Positions 60,950-64,000 of a stretch of 64,000 nt of DNA are shown here, piece by piece. A program made the position numbers and the translations under genes. The notes beneath the pieces are model-generated. The model worked only from the letters and a program-made list of their open reading frames with translations. It did not search any database and was not told the DNA's origin. Each line of letters starts with the position of its first letter. Position 1 is the first letter of the stretch. Source of the DNA: Candidatus Bathyarchaeota archaeon (GTDB lineage Archaea > Thermoproteota > Bathyarchaeia > Bathyarchaeales > Bathycorpusculaceae); assembly GCA_963739305.1 (NCBI GenBank), contig CAVTZU010000018.1:85682-149681 (forward strand), written 5' to 3'.

Positions 60950-62453
60950 ATGCATGATTCGAAGATTTCTATGGCAAGGCCTTCGTTTAGAAAGAGATGG
61001 AGAAAGCTGCAGTTGACGCTCTGTGGAATGAACATTTTGTCTCTGGAGAGAGTGTCGCAAAGTTTGAGGAGGAATTTGCGGATACTGCGGAGTTGACTGT
61101 GCCGTTTCCACAAGCTCAGGCACCGCCGCGTTGTCAATTGCTCTGACGGCCTTAGATGTCAAGAATGGAGCCTCTGTCATTACCACTCCCGCTTCGTTTG
61201 TGGCTACCGCGAATGCCGTTCTACACTCTGGCGGGACGCCAAAGTTTGTGGACATAGACATGCAAACATACAACATTGACCCTGAAAGCGTAAAAGCTGC
61301 AGTTGAAACTCGCACACGAGCAGTTATTCCCGTCCATCTTTACGGGTATCCAGCTGATATCGATGCAATGAAGCAAACGGGCGAGAAGAAGGGGTTTGCT
61401 GTTGTTGAGGATGCGTGTCAAGCTCATGGAGCATACTACAAAGGTCGAAAAGTCGGAGGGTTGGGCGATGTCGCTTGTTTCAGTTTCTATCCGTCTAAGA
61501 ACATGACTGTTGCCGGCGACGGTGGAATGCTTGTCACGAACAACGAAAAGATTGCTCGTAAAGCTTCTAAGCTTGGGGATTGTGGGAGAAAGAGCAAGTA
61601 TGTTCATGACTTAGTGGGCTACACGGCACGCTTGAACACTGTGAACGCTGCGATTGGCAGGGTTCAGCTCAAGTATCTTGACGAATGGAACGAGAAGAGG
61701 AGGAGGAATGCAGAAACCTACAATCGACTGCTTTCAGACGTTGAAGAGCTGTGTCTTCCTCCGGCTGGAGACAAGTCCACTCGTCCGGTCTATCATCTCT
61801 TGTTTGTATTTGCCGGCGCAGGTCTGCTGGCTGTGGCACTGGCGCTAGCGATTGTTCCGAACGCAAGTTCGCTTTTTGATTTGGATCGAACCATGCAAAT
61901 CACACTTCTGCCCTTTTCGATTTTCATTGCCATAGTTGTTCTTAAAATCTACAATACGAGACACTTTGGTAAACTACTTGCAATCTTCCTTGTAGTGTTA
62001 TTCCTACTGGAAACTCTCCAGTTGCCTATTCTGTACACCTCAGCCAGCAATCTCAGTCGAGAATCCTACATCTTCTCGTTTTCACACATCATCGCTTTTT
62101 ATGACGTTTCTGACTTCCAGTTTGCGAAGTGGGCCGACAGGTATACTTCAAATTCCTCTTTCTTTGCTTCAGACACAAAAGGACACAATCTCTGTTTGAT
62201 AACCAATCGCATGTGTGTCGAGCCACAGGGCGCGAATGTTTCTGATACCATTGCACTCCTAGAAAGTGGAAAAACTGACTACTTTTTAGTCCTTTCTTAT
62301 CTGAATAACTACATGTCATACTCTTCGAAGGATGGCGCTCACTTAGAGTTAAACTCAACAGAGATTTCAGGGCTACTGGATAACGGCTGCATGAATGGGA
62401 TCTACGATAATTCAAGGGTAATCAATTTCGCATATGTCAACCCTATTCCATGA
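60950..62453 (+). pseudogene. DegT/DnrJ sugar aminotransferase (frameshifted N-terminus, truncated near 61795) fused to the C-terminus of an unrelated membrane protein
   Basis: FEEEFA, SSGTAAL, PVHLYG, EDACQAHG, FSFYPSK and PVYHL motifs, then an abrupt hydrophobic unrelated sequence. Confidence 0.75.
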
Positions 62454-63005
62454 AAATAGGAATACAATCGAAAAGTTGGCTTTAGTATGGTATCGAAGGA
62501 AATTGATTGTCTGACAATAGGAGACGTTATGTTTGACGTCTATGTTGGAAACTTCGCAAACCCTATTCACCGCTCAGCTCGTCTCAACATACGACGGGCC
62601 ATCAATGCTGCTGATAGACTCAAGAAAACTGAAAACCGCAGCACTCACAATAGGAATACTCTTCCTGGCAACAGTGGCCATACACATATACACGAAAAGT
62701 CAACGTGAAACATCAGCCGCGCTCATCTTTTCCCACTTAAACTATAACCTGAACCTGTCGACAGTTTTTCTGCCATCCTCTGCCACGGCGGCTGCTCGAT
62801 ACCCAGCGGTAGCATTGTCGTCTTCACTATTGAACAAGCACACGCGCTCCGACAGCAGGTTCGCCCAAAATCGGCTGTATGTTTATATTCTATTCTTCGA
62901 GAACACTAGGTTGCAGAGGAACTGGTACGTAGCGCGCATGCCTGTTCCGAAATTCGTCTTTTGATTCTATTAGGTGAGTCCCGTATCTCTCTCGTGAGGT
63001 GAATA

Positions 63006-63992
63006 ATGAGGAGATACGAGACTCTTGAGACCTTGTTTGGCAAGGTCGATTTATGCTTTGTTGGAAGAGTGCTTAATGAGTCTTATCATATGAAGGGTTC
63101 CGTTGGGAGGCCACCGAGGAAACCGCTCGGCATTTTCAAGGCGCATTTGCTCAGGAGGCTGAGGCACGTTCCGAGTGACAGGATGCTTGTCAGACAGTTG
63201 TGGAAGGATCCAAGGTTGAGGCGAATCTGCGATATAGAGAAGAATGAGCCGCCATACGGGATAGCAGTGCTCTCTAGGTTCAGGAGTAGGGTTGGACCTG
63301 AACGTTTGATGCGAATCGTTGACGATGCGATAGGCGTGCTTGTGAAGAAGGGAAGGATCAAGGGAGAAACGTTGGCGTTGGATTCAACATTCATCAAGGC
63401 TCACAGCCGTCGAAGCCTCGACAACCGCACTGGCTACAGTGACCCTGAATCGAGGGTGGGAAGAGCGGTCAAGACGAGAGACTTGGGTTACAGGCTTCAT
63501 TTGGTGGTGGACGCTAAGAGCGAATTGCCCGTCGCCATGGCAGTGGCTCCGGCAAACGAGAACGAGAAGAAACATTCCTTAGCGCTGCTTGAGAAGGCAT
63601 CATTCTACATGAAGCCTAAGAGGCTTGTGGCTGACCCGCAGTACAGTTCACAGAGCCTGAGAGATGCAGCCCTCAAGCAAGGAACAGTACCAGTCATTCC
63701 GTACCCGAGAAACCAGCAGCGAGGCATCAAAGGCATCCTCAGAATCGACAGGAAATTCAAGAGCCACGGACCACAACAGCTCAGAAGAGCCTACAGAAAA
63801 CGTGTCGCAGTGGAACGAGTGTTCAGCAGACTCAAGAACCTCGCAGGCTTGACCCTGCACAACCTTAGAGGACTGGCCAAAATAACGTTCCACGCTCAAC
63901 TCTGCCTACTCATCATGCTCTTCACAGCCCAAGCCGCCATAAACACTCACAAACCAGGCAAATCCAGAAGCATAAGGTACTTCGCAAACTAA
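63006..63992 (+). mobile_element. IS transposase, DDE type (IS5/IS1182-like); element ends not resolved
   Basis: SDR.L...L N-terminal domain, ALDST, GYRLH.VVD, N.NE, VAD..Y and R..VERVFSRLK motifs. Confidence 0.88.
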
Positions 63993-64000
63993 TTTAGGAA

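Larger units (their letters stand above)
24560..62938. repeat. Dispersed short CG-run palindrome family, consensus TAGCGCGCGCTA (about 30 copies; the coordinates span first to last copy)
   Basis: Perfect copy at 44676-44687. Near-perfect copies at 31649, 31854, 42857, 46105, 50606, 51024, 53974, 55064, 55228 and 55354, among others. Confidence 0.85.

Overview
Archaeal chromosomal window. Gene content and style suggest Bathyarchaeia, which is an inference. About 1-24 kb is housekeeping and metabolic: ATP-NAD kinase family, tdh-kbl, tungsten AOR + Fe-S, EndoQ, GT4/GH57 glucan genes, pgk, class I gap, gcvH + Nox-like flavoprotein, ino1, ribK, acdA, cofE-like, thyX and htpX. Most of this block lies between two inverted copies of a 116-bp repeat. 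About 24.5-57.4 kb is an accessory mosaic. It holds two ArsR divergons that share a palindromic promoter/operator and encode lipoate ligases, a second lipoyl-carrier (GcvH-like) protein, DGC, HdrA-N-like and ferredoxin proteins, ArsC/ArsD-like proteins and P-type ATPases. It also holds a fluoride riboswitch upstream of an MFS transporter and many small or broken genes. About 57.6-60 kb is the conserved csl4-rpoL-DUF99-tfs block, followed by a decayed glycan locus and an IS transposase. The most striking unexplained signal is about 30 copies of a short CG-run palindrome (consensus TAGCGCGCGCTA). These sit at gene and module boundaries almost only in the accessory part, and they coincide with at least two chimeric gene junctions. 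Several single-base frameshifts suggest indel sequencing errors or decay. All family assignments come from motif recognition by eye; no searches were run.
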